Shown here: positions 10,504 to 18,921 of the stretch, piece after piece
How positions within the stretch are numbered: the stretch's first letter is position 1
Layout of the letters: each line of letters begins with the position of its first letter
Origin: Bacteroidales bacterium
Lineage (GTDB): Bacteria > Bacteroidota > Bacteroidia > Bacteroidales > Muribaculaceae
DNA: 64,000 nt
Assembly (NCBI GenBank): GCA_004557565.1
Contig: SFGS01000002.1
Coordinates: 5,796 to 69,795, forward strand
Direction of reading: 5' to 3'
Notes under the pieces: generated by a model
Database searches by the model: none
Seen by the model: only the letters and a program-made list of their open reading frames with translations
What the model was told of the DNA's origin: nothing
Program-made: the position numbers and the translations under genes

Positions 10504-11745
10504 ATGAAGTATTCAATTATCGCCATTGGTGACGAACTTTTGATTGGGCAGGTTACCGACACTAATTCTGGATGGATTGCTCGTGAAATGTCGGTTTATG
10601 GTTGGGAATTGCAGAAAGTGCAAGTGGTTCCCGATAATGCCGATGCGATTAAAAAGGCAATAGATATAGCTTTTGAGGAAAGCGATGTGGTGTTGGCTAC
10701 TGGTGGACTTGGTCCCACAAAAGACGACATTACCAAAACCACCCTTTGTGACTATTTCGGGGGCGAACTGATTTTTGACGATGCCACTTTGGCGAATGTG
10801 CTCGAAGTGGTGGAAAAGCGTCATCTCAAACTCAACGAATACACCCGAAATCAAGCCTATGTGCCAAGCAGTTGCGAAGTGGTGCAAAACGAAGTGGGAA
10901 CAGCACCTATCCTGTGGTTTGAAAAGGACGAAAAGGTGTTGGTGTCGATGCCTGGTGTTCCGTTTGAAATGCAGCACATGATGAAGAAAGTGCTGATTCC
11001 GAAACTCGTTAAGAAAACGCACGACAATATGCACCTTCAGTATCGCACCTTTATCGTGATTGATATTATAGAATCACTGCTTGCTATGCAGCTCGATGAT
11101 TTTGAGAAGGAATTGCCTGAATACATGCACCTTGCATATTTGCCCACACCCGGATTAATTCGCCTGCGATTGACTGGCGCATGTGAAGATGAAAGTCTTC
11201 TTTCGGCTAATATGGATAAGTTCTCGGCAAAGTTGTATGAACTCGTTGGCGACAAGATTATTTGCGATGAAGATATGCCTCTTGCCCAAATTCTCGGCAA
11301 AAAACTTTTAGAGAAAGGTATGACTGTAGCCTCTGCAGAAAGTTGCACAGGTGGTAATATCGCACATGAAATTACCCGAATTGCTGGTAGTAGCAGTTAT
11401 TTTAAAGGTTCTGTGGTTTCGTATGCCAACGAGGTGAAAATCAATGTGCTGAATGTTTCGTCAACAGATATTGATGTGCATGGTGTTGTGAGCGAACCTG
11501 TGGTGCAGCAGATGGTGAGTGGTGTGTGTAAAGTCATGAACACCGATTGCGCTATTTCCACAAGTGGCATAGCTGGCCCTGGTGGTGCAGAACCAGGGAA
11601 ACCTGTTGGCACTGTATGGATTGCAGCAAAAGCAGCCGACAATGTGGTGAGCCAATGTTTCCATTTCCCCGGTGATAGAGAACGCGTAATCAACAGGGCT
11701 ACGAACGAAGGTATAAAAATGTTGTTGAAACTACTTAACGATTAA
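10504..11745 (+). CDS. cinA: CinA family protein (MoCF-biosynthesis-like domain + NMN deamidase PncC domain)
   Basis: IGDELLIGQVTDTNS, GGLGPTKDDIT and MPGVP in the N-terminal part; AESCTGG, SGIAGPGG and KPVGTV in the C-terminal part. Confidence 0.93.
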   Translation: MKYSIIAIGDELLIGQVTDTNSGWIAREMSVYGWELQKVQVVPDNADAIKKAIDIAFEESDVVLATGGLGPTKDDITKTTLCDYFGGELIFDDATLANVLEVVEKRHLKLNEYTRNQAYVPSSCEVVQNEVGTAPILWFEKDEKVLVSMPGVPFEMQHMMKKVLIPKLVKKTHDNMHLQYRTFIVIDIIESLLAMQLDDFEKELPEYMHLAYLPTPGLIRLRLTGACEDESLLSANMDKFSAKLYELVGDKIICDEDMPLAQILGKKLLEKGMTVASAESCTGGNIAHEITRIAGSSSYFKGSVVSYANEVKINVLNVSSTDIDVHGVVSEPVVQQMVSGVCKVMNTDCAISTSGIAGPGGAEPGKPVGTVWIAAKAADNVVSQCFHFPGDRERVINRATNEGIKMLLKLLND

Positions 11746-11749
11746 GTGT

Positions 11750-12517
11750 ATGCAAGATATTAATAATGGCATTATCAAGGTTGTTCGCTCGCTTGCTGTA
11801 AAGAAATACAGAGACGATGAACGACTCTTTGTGGCAGAAGGCACCAAATGTGTGCGCGACACTTGGGATTATTTTAACTGCAAATGGCTGATTTGCACCC
11901 GAGCATGGCACGACAGGTTGGCAAATGCCACGATGCACGACAAAATTGTGTTGGCTAATAACCAGCAGATGGCTAAAATGTCGCAGTTTTCTACTCCAAG
12001 CGATGTGATTGCCGTGTATGAAATGCCAGAAAAAGAGATTGATGAAAAAGAGGTGAGAGATGGTCTCAACATTGTGCTTGATAATGTTCAAGACCCAGGA
12101 AACCTTGGTACAATCATTCGTTTGGCTGATTGGTATGGCATCAAGAATATTTTCGCAAGTATTGGCACTGTGGATGTGTATAACCACAAAGTGGTGCAAG
12201 CCACAATGGGGGCTATTTCACGTGTGAAAGTGCACTATTGCGATGTGCCTAATTTGCTTGAAGAATACAACGATTTGCCAGTGTGGGGCACATTCCTTGA
12301 TGGCGATAATATCTATCAAAGCGAATTGGAGAACAAGGGCTTTGTTGTGTTTGGTAACGAGGGTCAAGGTATTGGTCAGAAAGTGTCTAAATTGGTGAAT
12401 AAGCGCTTGCTTATTCCATCGTGGAACAGTGGCGAAACGAGTGAATCGCTTAATGTGGGCGTGGCTACTGCTGTTGTGATCAGCGAATTTCGTCGTTCGG
12501 TTTTAAAAAATAAGTAA
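11750..12517 (+). CDS. TrmH/SpoU-family SPOUT RNA methyltransferase
   Basis: LDNVQDPGNLGTIIR, FGNEGQG and ESLNVGVA SPOUT motifs. Confidence 0.92.
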   Translation: MQDINNGIIKVVRSLAVKKYRDDERLFVAEGTKCVRDTWDYFNCKWLICTRAWHDRLANATMHDKIVLANNQQMAKMSQFSTPSDVIAVYEMPEKEIDEKEVRDGLNIVLDNVQDPGNLGTIIRLADWYGIKNIFASIGTVDVYNHKVVQATMGAISRVKVHYCDVPNLLEEYNDLPVWGTFLDGDNIYQSELENKGFVVFGNEGQGIGQKVSKLVNKRLLIPSWNSGETSESLNVGVATAVVISEFRRSVLKNK

Positions 12518-12519
12518 TT

Positions 12520-13893
12520 ATGGCTAAACAGGTTAAATCGGCATTCTTTTGCAAAAATTGTGGTGCAGAATCATCGAAATGGGTGGGTAAATGCCCCTCC
12601 TGCGGAGAATGGAACACCTATGTTGAAGAAATCATAACCCCTAAAGGAAAAAATGAAGTTCTCGGTACTGGGGCTGGCAAAAAGGTGCTGACACCTGTAA
12701 AAATCAGCCAAATTAAATCGGAAGAATATCCCCGAATCAAATTGCCAAGCAACGAACTGAACCGTGTGCTTGGCGGTGGTTTGGTGCCTGGTTCCATTAT
12801 TCTTTTGGGTGGAGAGCCCGGCATTGGCAAATCCACCTTGGTTTTGCAAAATGTGCTTCGAATTCGTTCAAGAAAAGTGCTTTACGTTTCGGGCGAGGAA
12901 AGTGCACAGCAATTAAGAATGAGGGCTGATAGAATAGCTGGCGGAAAAATGGATTGCGAGTGTTTCCTCCTTTGTGAAACTTCGCTTGAAAACATTTTCA
13001 CATGCCTGAAAAATGACAAGCCTGATTTACTGATTGTAGATTCTATTCAGACCATAGCGAGCGATTTGCTTGAGTCGGCGGCTGGCAGTGTGAGTCAAGT
13101 GAGAGAATGTGCTGCTGCATTCTTGAGATATGCCAAAGAAACCAACACACCTGTGATTTTGATTGGTCACATCAATAAAGAGGGAAGTATTGCAGGACCA
13201 AAGGTGCTTGAGCACATTGTCGATGCTGTGATTCAGTTTGAGGGCGACCGGCATTATCTGTATCGCATTCTTCGTGGCATTAAAAACCGCTTTGGCAATA
13301 CAAGTGAAATCGGTATCTATGAAATGAAGGAAGATGGCTTGAAGGAAGTGACCAATCCAAGTATGATGCTGCTCAATGAGAGTGATGAGGCTCTTTCTGG
13401 CTCTGCTATCGGTGTTACAGTTGATGGTGCACGTCCATTTTTGATTGATACGCAAGCGCTTGTCAGCACTGCTGCATACGGTACGGCACAGCGTTCGGTC
13501 ACAGGTTTTGACCCACGACGAATGAATATGCTGTTGGCTGTATTGGAAAAGAGAGTTGGTTTTAAACTCGCCCAAAAAGATGTGTTCTTGAATATTGCCG
13601 GTGGATTGAAAGTCAACGATCCTGCTTTAGACTTGGCGGTGGTTTGCGCCATATTATCAAGCAATTTCGACACGCCTATTGCAAAAGATGTTTGTTTTGC
13701 CGGCGAGGTTGGACTTTCTGGTGAAATTCGTCAAATCACACGAATTGACCAGCGCATTTCCGAAGCACAAAAAATGGGCTTTAAAACCATTCTCGTGCCT
13801 AAAAGCAATATGAAAGGAGTGGCTAAAAACGATAAAATCCGCATCTTGGAAGTGGGAAGGGTAGAAGAAGCCTTCAAGTTTATTTTTGGTTGA
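12520..13893 (+). CDS. radA: DNA repair protein RadA/Sms
   Basis: N-terminal C4 zinc finger (CKNC..CPSC), Walker A GEPGIGKST, KNRFG signature and Lon-like C-terminus (GEVGLSGEIR). Confidence 0.97.
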   Translation: MAKQVKSAFFCKNCGAESSKWVGKCPSCGEWNTYVEEIITPKGKNEVLGTGAGKKVLTPVKISQIKSEEYPRIKLPSNELNRVLGGGLVPGSIILLGGEPGIGKSTLVLQNVLRIRSRKVLYVSGEESAQQLRMRADRIAGGKMDCECFLLCETSLENIFTCLKNDKPDLLIVDSIQTIASDLLESAAGSVSQVRECAAAFLRYAKETNTPVILIGHINKEGSIAGPKVLEHIVDAVIQFEGDRHYLYRILRGIKNRFGNTSEIGIYEMKEDGLKEVTNPSMMLLNESDEALSGSAIGVTVDGARPFLIDTQALVSTAAYGTAQRSVTGFDPRRMNMLLAVLEKRVGFKLAQKDVFLNIAGGLKVNDPALDLAVVCAILSSNFDTPIAKDVCFAGEVGLSGEIRQITRIDQRISEAQKMGFKTILVPKSNMKGVAKNDKIRILEVGRVEEAFKFIFG

Positions 13894-14055
13894 TGTTAAT
13901 GACTGTTAAATGCGTGTTTGCGTTTAAACTTTTATTAGTTTTGTTAGTCATAAAAGTGGAAACAAAACAAATACAACTGTAAAGCTTCAAACATACTAAC
14001 TTTTTTCAGTAAAATCTATAATCCATCTGCTGTTAAGCATTCTGGGATTTGACAA

Positions 14056-14098
14056 AAAATAAACACCAAGAACTTGATTTGTGCTTGGTGTTTATTTT
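14056..14098. terminator. Bidirectional intrinsic terminator between the radA region and hslR
   Basis: 15-bp inverted repeat aaaataaacaccaag / cttggtgtttatttt with A and T tails. Confidence 0.75.
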
Positions 14099-14552
14099 AT
14101 TTTTGGTTGTTTAGGTTCGCTTCATCTTCTTCTGTCCACAACGGATTTTCATCGTCCCAATCATCAAATCCAAAATATGCTTCCTCGGTGAATTCTTTCA
14201 TTTCGCGACCATCTTTCTTCGTTGGTCGTCCCAGACCCTTCTGTCGCTTTACAAATCCACTGATTCTTGCCATTTCTAACAATTCGTATTGGTCAGGAGT
14301 GGTGATATTTTTCAGATAGTTCGGAACGAGTTTTGCGCCCACTCGGTTGTTGAGCAATGCCAAAACTTCAAAAGTGAAGGTGATGGGTGGTTTTTTAACG
14401 GAAATCTTTTCGCCCACCTTCACAACTCGTGAAGGCTTCACATTCATTCCGTCGATAGTCACGCGCCCCAATTTGCAGGCATCGGTGGCAATGGTTCGGG
14501 TTTTGAAAACTCGTGTAGCCCACAACCATTTGTCGATTCTTACTTCACTCAT
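14097..14552 (-). CDS. hslR: S4-domain ribosome-associated heat shock protein Hsp15
   Basis: VRIDKWLWATRVFKTRTIA S4 motif and GRPTKKDGR. Start set at MSEVR (14552), which overlaps the pth stop codon. Confidence 0.9.
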   Translation of the reverse strand: MSEVRIDKWLWATRVFKTRTIATDACKLGRVTIDGMNVKPSRVVKVGEKISVKKPPITFTFEVLALLNNRVGAKLVPNYLKNITTPDQYELLEMARISGFVKRQKGLGRPTKKDGREMKEFTEEAYFGFDDWDDENPLWTEEDEANLNNQK

Positions 14553-15115
14553 TACTTGTTGTTGAAATTTGTCATTGCAAAACTCAATCCTGAAAGGCAA
14601 AACGCTTTGATTGCCTCGATAGCAACTTCGGTGCGCTCTGGTAATTTTTGCAAATCTTCATCCGACGGATGTCCGAGCACATAGTCAACTTGCATACCTT
14701 TTGGGAAATCCGATCCTACACCAAACCGGAGTCGGGTATAGTTGGACGACTGCACGCATTGGGCGATGCTTTTCAAACCATTGTGTCCACCGTCGGCACC
14801 CTTTCCTCTGAGACGAATTGCTCCGAAAGGCAACGCTATGTCGTCGACGATGATGAGCACATTTTCCAGGCTTATGTTTTCTTTCTGCATCCAATAGCGA
14901 ACAGCCTCACCACTCAAATTCATATAGGTGGAAGGCTTGAGTAAAACGAGTTGCTTATTCTTCAATCTCATTTGAGCCACATCACCGTAACGCTGAGTAG
15001 TGAAAGAAATATTGGATGCCTTAGCGAAGGCATCCAATATTGTAAATCCTATGTTGTGGCGGGTTCCTTGGTACTCTGCACCAATGTTACCCAATCCAAC
15101 AATTAGATACTTCAT
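14552..15115 (-). CDS. pth: Peptidyl-tRNA hydrolase
   Basis: [34 protein letters not shown] and RLRFGVG. Confidence 0.97.
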   Translation of the reverse strand: MKYLIVGLGNIGAEYQGTRHNIGFTILDAFAKASNISFTTQRYGDVAQMRLKNKQLVLLKPSTYMNLSGEAVRYWMQKENISLENVLIIVDDIALPFGAIRLRGKGADGGHNGLKSIAQCVQSSNYTRLRFGVGSDFPKGMQVDYVLGHPSDEDLQKLPERTEVAIEAIKAFCLSGLSFAMTNFNNK

Positions 15116-15129
15116 CTAAGGCGGTTTGA

Positions 15130-15810
15130 TTATTCTGCGTCTTCAGTTTGAGCCTTAGCTGCTGAACCACGAGTAGCACGAACACCAGCAATCACGAGGT
15201 CCTTAGCGCTTACGAGTTCAAAGTTGTCGAACTGAAGTTTGCCAACCTTGATTGATTGACCGATGTTGATGTCGGTAACATCGATAACCAAACGTTCAGG
15301 AATGTTGTTGTAGAGGCCTTTAACCTTAACCTTCTTAAGGTTGAGATACAACTTACCACCAGCCTTAACACCGACTGCGTGACCATCAAGCTTAACAGGA
15401 ACTTCCATAACAACTGGCTTGTTGTCGTAAACTTGGAGAAGGTCGATGTGGAGAATTTCGTCAGTGAGTGGGTGAAATTGAATATCCTTGAGAACAGCCT
15501 TGCAAGCAGTACCGTTAATGTTCAATTCGATTACGTAAATCTCTGGAGTGTAGATGAGTTTTCTTACATCTGCCTTTGTAACGGTGAGGTCGGTAGTGAT
15601 AACACCCTTACCTTCGTTAGTGGTTAAAACTGCTTTTTGACCAGCTTCGAGCTTTTCGTTGCAAATCCATTCACCAGCTTCGTTCTTAGCGAATTGGATG
15701 AGCTTACCACCGTTGAGTACTACAGGAATTTTGTTTTCCTTACGGATAGCCTTAGCGGCTTTCTTGCCAAGGTCAGTTCTTGGCTCTGCGTTTAATTGAA
15801 AAGTTTTCAT
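15130..15810 (-). CDS. rplY: 50S ribosomal protein bL25/Ctc (long form, with N-domain insertion)
   Basis: RTDLGKKAAKAIRKENKIP, KDIQFHPLTDEILHIDL and TL5 C-domain (EVPVKLDGHAVGVKAGG). Lies directly upstream of pth. Confidence 0.95.
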   Translation of the reverse strand: MKTFQLNAEPRTDLGKKAAKAIRKENKIPVVLNGGKLIQFAKNEAGEWICNEKLEAGQKAVLTTNEGKGVITTDLTVTKADVRKLIYTPEIYVIELNINGTACKAVLKDIQFHPLTDEILHIDLLQVYDNKPVVMEVPVKLDGHAVGVKAGGKLYLNLKKVKVKGLYNNIPERLVIDVTDINIGQSIKVGKLQFDNFELVSAKDLVIAGVRATRGSAAKAQTEDAE

Positions 15811-15880
15811 TTTAAAAAATTGTGTTACTAAAAATTAAGATGCTTCTTAATTTCCCATCACACGGGACTTAAAAGCGGTG

Positions 15881-15912
15881 CAAAATTACTGCTTTTTTTT
15901 GAAATATGCAAA
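15881..15912 (-). promoter_or_regulatory. Sigma-A promoter of rplY-pth-hslR (-33 TTTG, 20-nt spacer, -7 TAATTTTG)
   Basis: The plus strand shows CAAAATTA at 15881-15888 and CAAA at 15909-15912, a full Bacteroidetes consensus on the minus strand. Confidence 0.8.
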
Positions 15913-15923
15913 ATATCAGGTCA

Positions 15924-18908
15924 TTATCTTCTGCAAAACTCAATGAATCTACAATACTTACATTCTGCTTTCTTATCATTTTCGCATTGCGTGAATGGCA
16001 CTTTTTTATCAAAGAAATCATTAATCACACCTGCCATTTCTGCAAGAAATTCATTGCAGAGACCAGAGTTCTCATCACTGAATAGGTCTGTGATCATATT
16101 TTTATCGTGGGTGATGCCCGATGTACCCATATCCTTAATTTTGTAGATAATGGGTTGAAGCCCCACGCTCACATCAAAGTTGGTAATGTTAGCGTCGTTT
16201 TTCAGCGCATAGCAGTAGAGGAATAACTGCATGATGGCTAAATAGTGACCACTATCTTTATTAGAAACCACATCGCCGATGTTTTTGAATTTCACATTGT
16301 CTTTGCCGGTTTTGTAGTCGATAATTCGCAGTTCACCCTTATCGTTGATTCTGTCGATACGGTCAACTTTATAAGTGAAATTAAATGTGTTGTCGCCTAT
16401 AGTCAAACTCACCTCGTGCGGAATTTCACACTCGTATATTGCCAAGAAATCATCATCATTTTCCAGCAGTCCCATATCGTATTCAAGCACCTGTTCTGCA
16501 TAATAGTGAAGTGCTTTCATTGTGATAGCCGTTTCGCCGATAAGTTCCTCGTCAAGGTTTTCTTTGTGCAGATATGTCTTGTTGACTTGCCTTATCAGTT
16601 CACGCTCCAGTTTTTTATCTTTAAAATCTTTTATTTGCTTTTTCGTCACAATATTCTTTTTGCCTTCTTCTGGATAGTAGAACGCTTGGAGTGTGTCGTG
16701 AACGATTGTACCGAATGTGGCATAGTCCATGAATTGAGATTCCTCATTTTCATCGTCTAAGCCCTCGATATGGTTGAGGTAGAATTTCAGCGGACACTTG
16801 ATAAGCGTCTTGATTGAACTTGCCGACAATTTTTTCCTTGATGCGTCATCAATTGTGTATCTCTTGATTTTTTTGAGAATTTCGTCGGTCTTTTCCACTG
16901 ATATGGTCAAAGGCGATTCTGGCCTAACCTGTAAATTGATGTTATGGAAGTGCATGCGGCACCCATACACTTTTTCAAGTTGGCTGATAAATCGTGAATA
17001 TTCACTGCTACCAATTCCTGTAGAACTTGTGTCATAAATCAGGAATAGGTTTTTTGCCCTTGTGATTAATCTGTAGAAGTAATATGCGCTCATCGATTCC
17101 TGCTCGTCGATTGTTGACATCAAATAGTAGCGGCGCATATTGGGTGGAATGAACGAACTTTTAAAGAACTTTCGTGGGAACACTCGTTCGTTCATCGACA
17201 AAATAATTAGATTGTCGAAGTCGAGATTTCGCGTTTCGAGCATACCCATAATTTGTAAGCCCGATAGTGGCTCGCCCTCAAATGGCACGGTATATAGCGA
17301 AGCCAACTTGTCGAACAGGTAGAAGACCGACGATTCGCACATCGGTATTCCGTATCTTTGGATTAATGTCTTCGTTTCGTTCAATATGTCGATATATTGT
17401 AGTGCGAAAGTGCTTTGAAGCGAGAGTTGGGTGGTGCCGTCCTCTTCCACATGGTTTGCGTAATGGCTGTTGATGTCGTTACACAGGCTGATTAATCTGT
17501 TGATAAACTGTATAACTTCATTTTTATCCTTCGTGTCGCTGATGGTGGTGAAAATGGTGCCTAATTTCGTTTGGCGCAAATATTCTTCGCCGACGTAAAA
17601 ATCATTGCTGAGGTTGATGTGATTGTTGATTTCGGTCACATCTTTAGGATAGAGCGATTTGATGATGGGGTGCGACAAAATTTCCTTTACAAATTCCTTT
17701 AAGAATTTGAAGTGTTCCTCACCTCCTGGTCGGTACGCATTTTTGTGCACCTTAGATATGTTGCGGATAAGCGATGATATGTCGCTGTTGCGAAGCGACA
17801 AGCCCAGCGTGGCATTGATATTTTTGATGTTGGCAGGGACGGAATTTGTGAGGTTTGTGAACAATCCTTCGTCAGGAAGTACGATAGCCGTGTCGATTCC
17901 GTTGTTGCGGTCTTTCACTTCCCCGTCTTGAATGAGTTTTTCCACCAAAGTGAAAGCATATTTCGTTTGCCCGATATGCGAGGGAATGCCCACAACATTG
18001 ATATTCTTGGGGAAATCGCTGATGTTTTCGAGTTTGAATGATGATTTATATCTATTGGATAGCAGCGCAAGATGCCTATGCCCTTTGTTGGCAGAATTTT
18101 TGAGTGCTGGTGATGCGTCGTCCCAATGAAATTCGGCTATTCCTTTTTTCTTGAATGAGTCGAAAATCATCATTTCGCTGGTTGAAAGCAAGTTGAAGCC
18201 CACGAATACGTATTTCTCAAATGGAAAGTCCTCAATCGCATGGTCTTTTAATTTGAGCACAAACTCACGGAGCATTTTGCCTGTGTATGTCAAATTCTTC
18301 TGCTCCAGCAGTTCATTGTATTTCTGATAAAGAGGATAGAGAATTTTCCAGAGGCTGGTGAACTTTTCTGTCACTTGCTTTTCCTGTTGTGGATTCAGGT
18401 TTTTCCAGAACGTCTCACCGTCCGAATCCTCAAGTTTCATGTTTAAATATCTTCTGAGTTCGGCTTTGAGTTCATCGGGAAGATAATCGGTGGAAATTTC
18501 TTTCCAGTCAGATATGTTGCTGAACAGTTGCTTTGCATCGACCATATATTGGTCAACGTCGTTGAAGTCTGTCACTAATATGTTGCCCCAATGTATGAAT
18601 TTGTCGAACTCGTAATCCTTGTTCTTGGTCACTTCGCAATATGCCAAGTATAAGTTGAAAATAAGTTCGGTGGGAGTAGCTAATGTGTAGTCGGAATTGT
18701 CGTCAACAAAATCCGAAATTGTGGTCACGTTGGGGTGCATACAGTTTTTGCTGCTGCATTCCTCAAAATATTTCAAAAAGAATTGCCCACTTCTTCGGTT
18801 TGGAAACACAAAGCAAAAATCGTCAACATTGTCAAACGATGCTGAGTAATGCTGTGCAATTTGCTTCAAAAATGGAGTGCGTGTGTTGTCGTGTTCAAGT
18901 TTGTTCAT
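15924..18908 (-). CDS. AddB-like protein: degenerate helicase-like N-terminus + C-terminal PD-(D/E)XK nuclease with 4-Cys Fe-S staple
   Basis: FVFPNRRSG, GEPLSGLQIMGMLETRNLDF, LSASSIKTLIKCPLKFY, FGTIVH, KVDRID..IIDYKTG and terminal CKYCRFIEFC. Confidence 0.85.
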   Translation of the reverse strand: MNKLEHDNTRTPFLKQIAQHYSASFDNVDDFCFVFPNRRSGQFFLKYFEECSSKNCMHPNVTTISDFVDDNSDYTLATPTELIFNLYLAYCEVTKNKDYEFDKFIHWGNILVTDFNDVDQYMVDAKQLFSNISDWKEISTDYLPDELKAELRRYLNMKLEDSDGETFWKNLNPQQEKQVTEKFTSLWKILYPLYQKYNELLEQKNLTYTGKMLREFVLKLKDHAIEDFPFEKYVFVGFNLLSTSEMMIFDSFKKKGIAEFHWDDASPALKNSANKGHRHLALLSNRYKSSFKLENISDFPKNINVVGIPSHIGQTKYAFTLVEKLIQDGEVKDRNNGIDTAIVLPDEGLFTNLTNSVPANIKNINATLGLSLRNSDISSLIRNISKVHKNAYRPGGEEHFKFLKEFVKEILSHPIIKSLYPKDVTEINNHINLSNDFYVGEEYLRQTKLGTIFTTISDTKDKNEVIQFINRLISLCNDINSHYANHVEEDGTTQLSLQSTFALQYIDILNETKTLIQRYGIPMCESSVFYLFDKLASLYTVPFEGEPLSGLQIMGMLETRNLDFDNLIILSMNERVFPRKFFKSSFIPPNMRRYYLMSTIDEQESMSAYYFYRLITRAKNLFLIYDTSSTGIGSSEYSRFISQLEKVYGCRMHFHNINLQVRPESPLTISVEKTDEILKKIKRYTIDDASRKKLSASSIKTLIKCPLKFYLNHIEGLDDENEESQFMDYATFGTIVHDTLQAFYYPEEGKKNIVTKKQIKDFKDKKLERELIRQVNKTYLHKENLDEELIGETAITMKALHYYAEQVLEYDMGLLENDDDFLAIYECEIPHEVSLTIGDNTFNFTYKVDRIDRINDKGELRIIDYKTGKDNVKFKNIGDVVSNKDSGHYLAIMQLFLYCYALKNDANITNFDVSVGLQPIIYKIKDMGTSGITHDKNMITDLFSDENSGLCNEFLAEMAGVINDFFDKKVPFTQCENDKKAECKYCRFIEFCRR

Positions 18909-18921
18909 GATGAAGGGTGTT

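Noticed and set aside
14553..14600. N-terminal extensions in the ORF track (hslR, fmt, dus, LysM, dnaG, HsdR_N, FAD oxidoreductase)
   Set aside because: They begin at TTG codons that overlap neighbouring genes or promoter boxes, or precede a better ATG. Downstream ATGs match the family N-termini.
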